The notes beneath the pieces were generated by a model. That model searched no databases, was not told the origin of the DNA, and worked only from the letters and a program-made list of their open reading frames with translations. DNA of 64,000 nt from a virus (lineage: Duplodnaviria; Heunggongvirae; Uroviricota; Caudoviricetes). The stretch is from the IMG/VR virus record IMGVR_UViG_3300027734_000034; one strand, written 5' to 3'. Positions 24,343 to 32,458 of the stretch are shown piece after piece; within the stretch, counting starts at the first letter, position 1; each line of letters opens with the position of its first letter. Made by a program: the position numbers and the translations under genes.

Positions 24343-24425
24343 CCGAAATATTGAGTGTGTACGATTACCAAAATGGCTATATATGCTCCGACCACGATCC
24401 CAACTAGCATTCCAAGAAAAAACAT
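24339..24425 (-). CDS. possible 28-aa hydrophobic peptide (MFFLGMLVGIVVGAYIAILVIVHTQYFG)
   Basis: Strong RBS AAGGAGTAGGAG before ATG at 24425; single predicted TM; stop overlaps promoter -35. Confidence 0.3.
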   Translation of the reverse strand: MFFLGMLVGIVVGAYIAILVIVHTQYFG

Positions 24426-24435
24426 CTCCTACTCC

Positions 24436-24693
24436 TTACGCAAATTCGTAGAATTTAACAGTAGGATCCAACTTTTGTAGTTCTTTTGCAGCCTGTGACA
24501 ATGCACGATGCTTGGCCTGAACCTGACTACGGGGCAGTTCACCGTCACAGGTCAAGTTCTCAGGGCTGAGGTCGCTGTCCAGACAAGCAGCAACTACCTG
24601 ACGACCTTTAGCAGTCTGTATCTCATACTGAGGACCTTTGAACAATTTGTTCCATTTGTTCTTTTGATCAATGTATTTTTGCAATGCTGACAT
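24436..24693 (-). CDS. hypothetical early protein (85 aa)
   Basis: ORF downstream of promoter repeat copy 3. Confidence 0.45.
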   Translation of the reverse strand: MSALQKYIDQKNKWNKLFKGPQYEIQTAKGRQVVAACLDSDLSPENLTCDGELPRSQVQAKHRALSQAAKELQKLDPTVKFYEFA

Positions 24694-24726
24694 AATTAAC
24701 TCCGTTTGTTGACTGTCTAAGCCTCT

Positions 24727-24755
24727 ATTATAGACCCAAAACCATTTAATGTCAA
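24727..24755 (-). promoter_or_regulatory. consensus sigma70 promoter TTGACA-N17-TATAAT (repeat copy 3)
   Basis: Minus strand GTTGACATTAAATGGTTTTGGGTCTATAATAG. Confidence 0.6.
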
Positions 24756-24757
24756 CC

Positions 24758-25549
24758 TTACGGGGCTAGCCCTTCCCTAGTTTTTGCACGTTTTACATTC
24801 GCATAAAGTACAACTTGAGTTGGAACCGGTGCTAAATATCTCTTTACCCAAGACCTGTAAACACCATATTTAAAATATATCCCATTGCCTTCAGTTGTTT
24901 TTCCTTTGAAACTATATTTCAAAATTCCATTTGCATAGACTTCAAAAAAGCCATCGTCCAAATTAGACCATTTTGCATGGACTTCAATTTTGTTCCAATT
25001 TCCAAGTAACTCCTTATCAGTTAGTATGGTTACATATTCTTGTGTTGCACATCTATGGTGTCTATCTATAGTTAGCCCACCTCGCAATGCTCCCCATCCT
25101 GCACTATTTTGAAACATGAATGATGAGCAAGTGGGACTGTCAATAGCCCCATCAATATTATAAAATTGTCCTAAGGTGACATTGACGGGCCACACATTGA
25201 TATGGTCTTTGGGTACAAAAATAGACCATCCATACCAGTATTCAGAGTTTGAGTAATTATTTCTATCTGTTGATATCTCAGAACGTTCCCTACTTCCAAC
25301 CCTAGATCCAGTTTGACCTTCAATAGAACAATCTCCCCCTGAACATTCTCCGCTTCTGACTTCAAATCTTTCAACCATTTTCAATGGTGCAGAGCCCGTT
25401 GGATCAGATACTATTTGATATCCGTGCGGTGTTGTACTATTTGATCTAGTGAACTCCTTAAGGTTTCCATGATCAAGTGAATTAGCGGAATTAGTAGCAC
25501 AGCCACCAATCAATAATATTAAAATAATTGATATAAAAAGTTTTTTCAT
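24758..25549 (-). CDS. secreted lipoprotein, PL7 alginate/polysaccharide-lyase-like
   Basis: Lipoprotein signal MKKLFISIILILLIGGC; RSEISTD (cf. PL7 RSELR) and IYFKYGVYRSW (cf. PL7 YFKAGVYNQ). Confidence 0.4.
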   Translation of the reverse strand: MKKLFISIILILLIGGCATNSANSLDHGNLKEFTRSNSTTPHGYQIVSDPTGSAPLKMVERFEVRSGECSGGDCSIEGQTGSRVGSRERSEISTDRNNYSNSEYWYGWSIFVPKDHINVWPVNVTLGQFYNIDGAIDSPTCSSFMFQNSAGWGALRGGLTIDRHHRCATQEYVTILTDKELLGNWNKIEVHAKWSNLDDGFFEVYANGILKYSFKGKTTEGNGIYFKYGVYRSWVKRYLAPVPTQVVLYANVKRAKTREGLAP

Positions 25550-25576
25550 AATAACTACATCAGGAAATAAAAACTT

Positions 25577-25605
25577 AGTATAGCATTGAATGTATTTATT
25601 GTCAA
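25577..25605 (-). promoter_or_regulatory. sigma70-type promoter TTGACA-N17-TATACT
   Basis: Minus strand TTGACAATAAATACATTCAATGCTATACT upstream of lipoprotein gene. Confidence 0.5.
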
Positions 25606-25611
25606 GGTAGG

Positions 25612-25635
25612 AATGCCCTAAATCAATAGGGCATT
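25612..25635 (-). other. hairpin AATGCCCTA-N6-TAGGGCATT immediately upstream of promoter -35 (possible terminator/insulator)
   Basis: 9-bp perfect stem seen in sequence; no U tract on minus strand. Confidence 0.3.
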
Positions 25636-25648
25636 ATTTGAGTAAGAA

Positions 25649-25918
25649 TTACTTCTTAGGTGTGTTTTGATTTACAAAAGCATACATCTTTTCAGCAGTG
25701 TCCAAAACTTTTTCAAGTCCTGGAAATTCAGGCATGTCTACTTTGGTTATGATCTGACCAGTAGCACTATCCTTGGAAGCAGTCATCTGCCATCCTGAAA
25801 ACTTCATATGGAAATCTTCCATGACTAATGATTTAGCCATGTCCAAGATATCTGTACGAATCTCGTAGCCGTTCTTGTTGAATTTTACTTCGGGTAATTT
25901 TGGTGTGAAATCTGACAT
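25649..25918 (-). CDS. hypothetical protein (89 aa)
   Basis: ORF only. Confidence 0.4.
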   Translation of the reverse strand: MSDFTPKLPEVKFNKNGYEIRTDILDMAKSLVMEDFHMKFSGWQMTASKDSATGQIITKVDMPEFPGLEKVLDTAEKMYAFVNQNTPKK

Positions 25919-25955
25919 AATAATCTCCTTGTGTTAATGTCGGTGTGTGAATAGC

Positions 25956-26201
25956 TTATTTTTTCGCAGTCTTTGCCTTGACTGTTTCATCCTCACCTTG
26001 AGAATAAATCGTTTTGTTCATACTGTCAACAGTATAAGACAACATCTCTATTGTATTCTTTGCCATCATCTTTGCAAAGATCGTTTGGGCATCTATAAAG
26101 TCGTTGGCGACCTTATTCAATCTCTCGTCTTTGAAAATCTGATTGGTTGCCATCCTTTTTGAAGTCTGGAACATCTCTATATAAAAATCTGGTGTAAACA
26201 T
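25956..26201 (-). CDS. hypothetical protein (81 aa)
   Basis: ORF only. Confidence 0.4.
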   Translation of the reverse strand: MFTPDFYIEMFQTSKRMATNQIFKDERLNKVANDFIDAQTIFAKMMAKNTIEMLSYTVDSMNKTIYSQGEDETVKAKTAKK

Positions 26202-26334
26202 AATTATCCTTTAAATATCACTTGTCATTAGTTTTTGTGCAGCAGCATATTGTCCTCTACGGGCAAGGTACGATGCTGCACGGACGCGACCCACTTCTTT
26301 TAGAAAATTGTAAATTGATTTAAAGATGTTCATA

Positions 26335-26520
26335 TTACACCATCCAACTCTTATTACGTGCTGAATACAATAATTCAAATTGACGCTCTAATTGTTCAAC
26401 TTGTGCGGTACTCGTGGGATTGTGTGATACGATGTATCGTTCTAGTGCTGAACCGTATGACTGGGGTTCACTGAATTTTTCTAATAGGCTATAAAGATAG
26501 CCGGTAAATCGTTTTAACAT
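26335..26520 (-). CDS. hypothetical protein (61 aa)
   Basis: ORF preceded at about 50 nt by perfect TATAAATAC box (26571-26579). Confidence 0.35.
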   Translation of the reverse strand: MLKRFTGYLYSLLEKFSEPQSYGSALERYIVSHNPTSTAQVEQLERQFELLYSARNKSWMV

Positions 26521-26571
26521 ATATTTTCCTGTGTAAGTGTGTTAAAGAGTTTTATACAGAACTCTTAACTG

Positions 26572-26579
26572 TATTTATA
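26572..26579 (-). promoter_or_regulatory. perfect T4-type late promoter box TATAAATA
   Basis: Minus strand GTATAAATACAG about 50 nt upstream of 61-aa gene; adjacent 7-bp hairpin AAGAGTT/AACTCTT. Confidence 0.3.
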
Positions 26580-26779
26580 CTTCCTTATAGATTTCTCTAT
26601 ATTTCTGCATGGCCTTTGCCCTCGCAACAGCTAACCTAACGGTCACATAATCTGATAATGGTTCATCATCAAAATCAGTAACCTTTTCTTCTACCTTGTG
26701 TACTTTAGGACGACTGTATGCACGATGATAATCTTGTTCTCCTGAATCATCATCGTCATCACTATCGTCAAATATAGTA

Positions 26780-26989
26780 TTACTTAGTAGCGGCTTTTGC
26801 AGGCTCAGTTTTAGTTGTAGCTTTTTTGTCTTTGACAGTTTTAGAACTTTTGGTAGAGTCCTGTTTGGAACCCTCCTTTTTCTTAGCCAACTTCATTTCT
26901 TCCTTAGCTGGAGCAGCAGGTTTGGCAGGCTCAGTAGCAAAAGCAATAGTTGTAGCCAAAGTAGCGATAAGAATAGCGAGAATTTTCAT
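26780..26989 (-). CDS. secreted Lys/Ala-rich small protein (69 aa)
   Basis: Signal peptide MKILAILIATLATTIAFA; KPAAPAKEE / KKATTKTEPAKAATK low-complexity. Confidence 0.4.
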   Translation of the reverse strand: MKILAILIATLATTIAFATEPAKPAAPAKEEMKLAKKKEGSKQDSTKSSKTVKDKKATTKTEPAKAATK

Positions 26990-27254
26990 TTAAGTTTCCT
27001 TTAAAGTTAATGATATTTATGTTTGATATATTCATCCTTCAATCTACATGGTCCAATACGCTTTTCATCACAATTGGATTTTCTCCAATCATAACCAGTG
27101 GGCAAATATTGTTCCTGATACGATTCAGTTTTATCCGTTTTCGTAACATCGTAGCATTCAGTTTGATTTTTATCTTGCATACATATATAACGACCCTCAG
27201 GATAAAACCGTTGACAAGATACAAAACTCTTTTCCCATTTACGCTAAATAGTTG

Positions 27255-27743
27255 ATGCAATACATATCTTACCAAGGAATTTATGACGGAACCAACTTTG
27301 AGGATGCTGCTACGCCCAAACAAATAACCAAATCCATGAATGCTGGGTTTAGCACTATGGTAAATGTTTGGCGAATTAGCGGAAAACTCTATTTAGGTGT
27401 TACCCAACCCATAACCGAAGTGACCGAAAAGTATCTACAAGGTCCTAGGTTTTGGTTGAATGCTATGAATACTGATATGCAATCATGGATAGTAACTCAA
27501 CCAATTAAGTCATATCCAAATTACTTTTGGTTTCCTACTGATACAGAAAGTACCCCAGTGACCGCAAGTAATGGAAAAATTATTACTCCTGGAACAGTTG
27601 CTATAAACAACACCAGTGTTATATTTCTGCCTGAGATACAGGATAGAGGAATGTTTAGTACAGTACACCTAAAATGTTTCGGTGTATGTAGTAACTACTT
27701 GTCTTTTATTAAACGAATGCGTAACGAAGGTGAGTGGTATTAA
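27255..27743 (+). CDS. hypothetical protein (about 162 aa), lone plus-strand gene in minus-strand region
   Basis: Non-repetitive ORF; track start 27252 is TTG, ATG at 27255; weak RBS. Confidence 0.35.
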   Translation: MQYISYQGIYDGTNFEDAATPKQITKSMNAGFSTMVNVWRISGKLYLGVTQPITEVTEKYLQGPRFWLNAMNTDMQSWIVTQPIKSYPNYFWFPTDTESTPVTASNGKIITPGTVAINNTSVIFLPEIQDRGMFSTVHLKCFGVCSNYLSFIKRMRNEGEWY

Positions 27744-27909
27744 CCACCGCGCCCTGCTCTACGCACAACACTAGCCCCACCAAATCCTTTACTATTAGCT
27801 TTAGGACCTTTACTTTTAGGAGCCTTACCTAATCCAGAATTTGCCATTGCGTTTTTCTTTTTAGCTTCTAATGCCATTGCTATTGGATTCTTTTTCTTTT
27901 CTTCGGTCA
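27742..27909 (-). CDS. possible small basic protein (55 aa, MTEEKKKNPIAMALEAKKKNAMANSGLGKAPKSK...)
   Basis: ORF below 60-aa cutoff found by hand; start overlaps upstream stop. Confidence 0.3.
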
Positions 27910-28296
27910 TTGTCTTATCCTCACTGATTCTAAATAACTTTCTATATCACCATATAGTGCTAGCATCATTGCTATCTTACTATCATAAAGTCTGATGAAA
28001 GGTTCTTTTGACTCTGCATCCTTATTTACACTAAAATAATATGGACATTTAATTTTCTTATTACATTCAGTTAAAAATTTATACCAATTAGTTTTCTTAA
28101 CTTTAACAGGAAGATCAAAGAATTCTATTTGCGCCTGTCTAAAATTTATATCACCTTGTGGTGTCAGACGCAGGCTATCACCTGATTTGGTGAACCACCA
28201 ATCACTTATGATTGTTTCAAATGGAATATTATTGCTAGGCAGTTGATCCATAACTGCCTTAGTGATAGTGTATTTTAGTTTTTTTCTGTCACTCAT
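27907..28296 (-). CDS. hypothetical protein (129 aa)
   Basis: ORF in tightly packed small-gene array. Confidence 0.4.
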   Translation of the reverse strand: MSDRKKLKYTITKAVMDQLPSNNIPFETIISDWWFTKSGDSLRLTPQGDINFRQAQIEFFDLPVKVKKTNWYKFLTECNKKIKCPYYFSVNKDAESKEPFIRLYDSKIAMMLALYGDIESYLESVRIRQ

Positions 28297-28582
28297 CCGG
28301 GTACACAGTAGTACCGTTGTTCATAAAAACGACAGTAAACTTATCTGTCTTGAATTGATTGTTTAGTTTACGACAGAGGTTTCGTGCATGACCAGGATTA
28401 CTGAAACTTGTTTTCTTATACTTAGGTGTAGCCTCATTGTCTAAGTAATGCTGAGATTTTAAGTTGATAGGTTGTCTATCATAGAATACAGCCCATATGC
28501 CACTTGCTTCTACAATTTGGTCGCACTTATAGGTAGTTTTATCTACTAGTTCTAATAATACTTTTGGTTGTGTTCTACTCAT
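28289..28582 (-). CDS. hypothetical protein (97 aa)
   Basis: ORF only. Confidence 0.4.
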   Translation of the reverse strand: MSRTQPKVLLELVDKTTYKCDQIVEASGIWAVFYDRQPINLKSQHYLDNEATPKYKKTSFSNPGHARNLCRKLNNQFKTDKFTVVFMNNGTTVYPDE

Positions 28583-28782
28583 TAAAATTTACCTCCGATG
28601 ACTTCTATTTCAATCACTTCGGAAGTGTTCTTCTTTCCTTCAGTAACTTCATAGTGATCTATCAATAATTTAGCCAATTCATCACGCAAACTTCTAGCAT
28701 CTGATAATGGAATTACCACATCTTTACCTTGTCTACCTTCGATAACAGCTACTCTATCAATAAATCTTTTTATATGAAACAT
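28582..28782 (-). CDS. hypothetical protein (66 aa)
   Basis: ORF only. Confidence 0.35.
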   Translation of the reverse strand: MFHIKRFIDRVAVIEGRQGKDVVIPLSDARSLRDELAKLLIDHYEVTEGKKNTSEVIEIEVIGGKF

Positions 28783-29240
28783 CAGATATTTATCAACTTT
28801 TTAGCTTCGTCCTCAGTTTTGTACGGACCCTCATACTCATAACGCTGTATAAAGATGTATTTAGGGCAAAAAACTACTGTAGGTTCTTCACTTTGATACA
28901 TAACATACCATCCTGCCGCATGATAACACTTGCTTTTAGTTGTTTTAGTGAATAAATGTATTTTGCGCTTGATGTCCAACATAGAATTGTAGACCTTCTT
29001 TGTTGTTGGATATTCATTAAAAGGTATTTCTTTTTTAATCTTTTCTGCTTTTGTTTGTTGAAACTCTATGCTAGTTTGTTTTTTAATAGCACTAGTGTTT
29101 TTAAAATGAGTTTTACTGCCGTTGAGTTTTACTTCAAAGCCTGAACCATCAGCAATAACATTTCCTACCTTTGATGTACCATCAGTAACAATCCAGAATT
29201 GATTCTTAACTACGGGTTTTGCGATTAGTGGTTTTGACAT
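28782..29240 (-). CDS. hypothetical protein (152 aa)
   Basis: ORF only. Confidence 0.4.
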   Translation of the reverse strand: MSKPLIAKPVVKNQFWIVTDGTSKVGNVIADGSGFEVKLNGSKTHFKNTSAIKKQTSIEFQQTKAEKIKKEIPFNEYPTTKKVYNSMLDIKRKIHLFTKTTKSKCYHAAGWYVMYQSEEPTVVFCPKYIFIQRYEYEGPYKTEDEAKKLINI

Positions 29241-29511
29241 TTTCTTCCATTTCTATTAATTTTGTAATCTTTTTAAAACTACTTTGTTTATCTACTATAA
29301 CATTATAAGTAGAATTCTCATAACGAATTGGTAAATCTAAATGAATACTGTACTGTGGTCCAATTGTTTCATTGATTACAGTATCATTTCCAACTGTACC
29401 GACAAATGGAATATTATTCCAGTATCCAAATATCCGTTGACCAAATTCATATTTAGCCACATGGCGATTCTTCTCAAAATATTCTGCTTGATTCATTTGT
29501 AACTTTCCCAA
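29206..29511 (-). CDS. hypothetical protein (101 aa)
   Basis: ORF only. Confidence 0.4.
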   Translation of the reverse strand: MGKLQMNQAEYFEKNRHVAKYEFGQRIFGYWNNIPFVGTVGNDTVINETIGPQYSIHLDLPIRYENSTYNVIVDKQSSFKKITKLIEMEENVKTTNRKTRS

Positions 29512-29801
29512 GTGTTTTGATCATAATTCCAATGCCGGGTGTCGTAGAAGTCTAATTCAACTTCGTACCCAAACAATCCGAGCATTAATCTAGCACCTGC
29601 GTGGTCACTTTGGAATGTTAATTGAAACTCTATATTGATGATATGTCCAGTACGATATCCGTTAAACTCCCATGCTTTGTTCTTTGTGATAGATCCATAT
29701 TTACTCCACAGGATATTCCAAACTTTATTGGTTCTACGTGGGTTGACTATGTTAAAGTTTAGCTGTATCATTTTTTCCTTTAGGGTTTTGTATCTTAGCA
29801 T
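29493..29801 (-). CDS. hypothetical protein (102 aa)
   Basis: ORF only. Confidence 0.4.
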   Translation of the reverse strand: MLRYKTLKEKMIQLNFNIVNPRRTNKVWNILWSKYGSITKNKAWEFNGYRTGHIINIEFQLTFQSDHAGARLMLGLFGYEVELDFYDTRHWNYDQNTWESYK

Positions 29802-29991
29802 TGATACAAGTACCTTCTAATACTTCAACTTTACCTTGATTAGATTTTTCCGCTATCTCAGTCAAATGAATTTTTTGTTTATCGACTGAATCTCTGCATC
29901 GTTCTTCAATTGTATAATAGGACTGTGCTTGCATGAAATTACAATTGCCATTAAAGCACATAAACAATACAGGTATAAAAATCTCAATCAT
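29752..29991 (-). CDS. hypothetical Cys-containing small protein (79 aa)
   Basis: ORF only. Confidence 0.35.
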   Translation of the reverse strand: MIEIFIPVLFMCFNGNCNFMQAQSYYTIEERCRDSVDKQKIHLTEIAEKSNQGKVEVLEGTCINAKIQNPKGKNDTAKL

Positions 29992-30206
29992 TCTTCGACT
30001 CCGTATTCTTTTTTAAGGGCTTCTAATGCTTTGCGAACCTGTTCGGCTACGGGACGATACTTCACAGGGTCTATAGGGTGATATGTATATTCAAACCCTG
30101 ACCAAGTTTTGTCACCATCCAACAACTTATCAACCACCGCTAGCATTTGAAATCTAGGATCACACCACATCTTGATTAGACTGTCGGGCGCTATGGGCGT
30201 GTTCAT
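29988..30206 (-). CDS. small protein ending EYGVEE (C-terminal motif shared with MNERI family)
   Basis: C-terminus ...KKEYGVEE. Confidence 0.4.
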   Translation of the reverse strand: MNTPIAPDSLIKMWCDPRFQMLAVVDKLLDGDKTWSGFEYTYHPIDPVKYRPVAEQVRKALEALKKEYGVEE

Positions 30207-30421
30207 TTTTCAACTCCAAAATGTTCTCTAATGTCATCACCCATAGTTCCGCCACCATCCTTTTTCTCACGCAGGATATTATCTACCTTGCTGGCACATT
30301 CCTCTACAATCAACTCGGCGAACTTTTCTATACCTTGTCGAGAATAGTCATCAAGTTCGTCCCAACATCCTTGTGCTGTGAGTCCTGCCTGGTATAAACA
30401 ATGTTCAATTCGTTCGTTCAT
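30203..30421 (-). CDS. MNERI/HFGVE small-protein family member
   Basis: MNERIEH..., central GIEKFAELIVEEC, C-terminus REHFGVEK. Confidence 0.5.
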   Translation of the reverse strand: MNERIEHCLYQAGLTAQGCWDELDDYSRQGIEKFAELIVEECASKVDNILREKKDGGGTMGDDIREHFGVEK

Positions 30422-30612
30422 TTAACTCCCCAGAAAGGTGTGTTGCGAACAAATGGTCGCATAGGCACTAACACCGGAATCATCAACACTAGAATCCAAA
30501 CCATTTGAATATATTCTGATTCAGTAAAACGATACACAAAGATATTGAACATACCTACAATAAAGTAGATAAGTCCTGTATAGAACATATATTGTCCTGG
30601 GCTAATCATCAT
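30418..30612 (-). CDS. small membrane protein (64 aa, two hydrophobic segments)
   Basis: Hydrophobic composition YFIVGMFNIFVY..WILVLMIPVLV. Confidence 0.4.
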   Translation of the reverse strand: MMISPGQYMFYTGLIYFIVGMFNIFVYRFTESEYIQMVWILVLMIPVLVPMRPFVRNTPFWGVK

Positions 30613-30863
30613 TCAACTCCGAAATGTTGTAATAGACCATTCGCACAATCACCAACAGCATCATTATAAGTCAGTTCATTTGTATCGGCAACCTCTTTGT
30701 CAAGAATCTGCCCTTTACAATGTTCATAACATTCCTTAACAATCAACTCGGCAAACTTTTCAGGACTAAAAGTCTTGGGCGGGGTAAACGCAAATTGTCC
30801 ACTGCGTTCTACCGGTGGCTGAATATGTGCCTGTTCAAAAAGTAGTCGAATCTTCTCGTTCAT
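30609..30863 (-). CDS. MNERI/HFGVE small-protein family member
   Basis: MNEKIRLL..., SPEKFAELIVKEC, C-terminus LLQHFGVE. Confidence 0.5.
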   Translation of the reverse strand: MNEKIRLLFEQAHIQPPVERSGQFAFTPPKTFSPEKFAELIVKECYEHCKGQILDKEVADTNELTYNDAVGDCANGLLQHFGVE

Positions 30864-31156
30864 TCTTCAACTCCGAAATGTTGTTTAATCTCTAGTATAG
30901 GATGTAAGTATTCTTCACCGGGTCTGCTCATTCTAACAGTATATGGGGCAATGATATCAATACATTCCTGAACAATCAACTCGGCGAACTTTTCTATATC
31001 TTCTACTGATTCTATCCAGTAAAAACTAAAGTCTTTTTGACTCAAAGATAAACCAGCCTGAATTGCAAGTTGTCGAATTCGTTCGTTCATTTTAAATATC
31101 CCAATCCACCTAACACAAGATAACAGAACACAATGCCAACAATAAAGTGCAGCCAA
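30860..31156 (-). CDS. MNERI/HFGVE small-protein family member (likely true start at internal MNERIRQ)
   Basis: MNERIRQLAIQAG, DIEKFAELIVQEC, C-terminus IKQHFGVEE. Confidence 0.5.
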   Translation of the reverse strand: MAALYCWHCVLLSCVRWIGIFKMNERIRQLAIQAGLSLSQKDFSFYWIESVEDIEKFAELIVQECIDIIAPYTVRMSRPGEEYLHPILEIKQHFGVEE

Positions 31157-31172
31157 TCACGAACGGTATCTG

Positions 31173-31409
31173 TCATTCTTCAACTCCGAAATGTTTTTTA
31201 ATCTGGTATTCCACAGAATAGGGGTGTGCCAAATGAAACTTTACCGCAACATCGGCACATTCCCTAACAATCAACTGGGCGAACTTTTCAATTTTCTCTA
31301 AATCTTCTTGTTCCGAGTCTGTCAGGGCATCAATCTTACCCCAGTGATGTAGCAGTAGTGCTGGACCAAGTTTAGCCTCTAGGGCGAGTTGTTTAATTCG
31401 TTCGTTCAT
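31173..31409 (-). CDS. MNERI/HFGVE small-protein family member
   Basis: MNERIKQLALEAK, KIEKFAQLIVREC, C-terminus IKKHFGVEE. Confidence 0.5.
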   Translation of the reverse strand: MNERIKQLALEAKLGPALLLHHWGKIDALTDSEQEDLEKIEKFAQLIVRECADVAVKFHLAHPYSVEYQIKKHFGVEE

Positions 31410-31535
31410 GCTACCTCCACCACACGATATTGACTGAATGGATAATTCTCATTGAGCCATTCAATCATACCTTCTTCGTAAGGAAGAAACACGCTATTGA
31501 ATTTGTTAGTGATATACTTACGCACAGTCAATCCT

Positions 31536-32393
31536 TTACTTACTGATGTTCATCAAGGTCTTTGAATCACCGCCCAACACAGTAGTAGGCAGCTTACCGT
31601 CCCACTTTTCGATCCATTGCAGTTGCACATAGTTTGCACCACCGTTAGATTGAATAGCAGCCGCTTGAATCGCAATAGCTTTAGCTTCACCATCTGCCTG
31701 TGCGATACGACTGTTTGCTTCAACTTTGATACGCTCCAGGTCTTGCTGTGCCTTAGCAGTTTTCTGTGCAGAAATAACTTTATCTTCAATTGCTTGTTGA
31801 TATGCTTGACTAAATCCAAAGTTTACCAAGCTGATATTACTTACAGCAATATTGAACGGAGCCATCTTAGTAATCAAGTGTTGCAATATCTCTTGACTAA
31901 CCAAATCACGCTTAGTAACCAATTCTTCACTTGTATAGTGACCTGTCACACTCTTAAAAGCCTCATTGATTCCAGGACCAAGAACTTTTTCATCTACATT
32001 GAGACCATACTCTTTGTAGATATGCGGTACTTTGAGCGGGTCAAGACGATAGTTCACTACGATATCAGTATGCACAACCTGCAAGTCTTTAGTACCTGCG
32101 TTAGCACCTTTTAGTTCTGCTTTCTGTAGACGAACATCTACATCCTTGATTGAACTGATTGGATTCACAAAGTGAACACCTTCAGTCAAGGGCAAGGGAT
32201 TGACTTCACCCAATGTAACTTGTACACCAGTATGCCCTGCACTAATTACAGTGAATGCCGAAATTCCAATTGATATAAGAATGATTGCTACACCTGTAAG
32301 TACGCCCAACGCAATCTTTTTAAATTCTGACACAAAAATAATAGCACCTGCTACTAGCAAACCTACAAAAATACCCACGAGAATTATAAACAT
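31536..32393 (-). CDS. SPFH/band-7 (prohibitin/HflKC-like) membrane protein
   Basis: N-terminal TM segment(s) followed by SPFH-like core (DLQVVHTDIVVNYRLDP...) and Ala/Gln-rich coiled-coil C-terminus typical of prohibitins. Confidence 0.55.
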   Translation of the reverse strand: MFIILVGIFVGLLVAGAIIFVSEFKKIALGVLTGVAIILISIGISAFTVISAGHTGVQVTLGEVNPLPLTEGVHFVNPISSIKDVDVRLQKAELKGANAGTKDLQVVHTDIVVNYRLDPLKVPHIYKEYGLNVDEKVLGPGINEAFKSVTGHYTSEELVTKRDLVSQEILQHLITKMAPFNIAVSNISLVNFGFSQAYQQAIEDKVISAQKTAKAQQDLERIKVEANSRIAQADGEAKAIAIQAAAIQSNGGANYVQLQWIEKWDGKLPTTVLGGDSKTLMNISK

Positions 32394-32458
32394 AAAAAGT
32401 CCTTTGTTAAAAAATACAGTATAACAGAAAATGCAATAGTTGTCTATTGTTTTGGCTA

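Noticed and set aside
31406-31468. 20-aa ORF (MIEWLNENYPFSQYRVVEVA) between the prohibitin gene and the MNERI gene
   Set aside because: It is too short and not hydrophobic. The RBS is only moderate. It is probably a chance ORF in an intergenic spacer.
31553-32114. Track ORFs 31553..31819(-) and 31617..32114(+) inside the SPFH gene
   Set aside because: They are alternative-frame or antisense ORFs within a confidently assigned gene.
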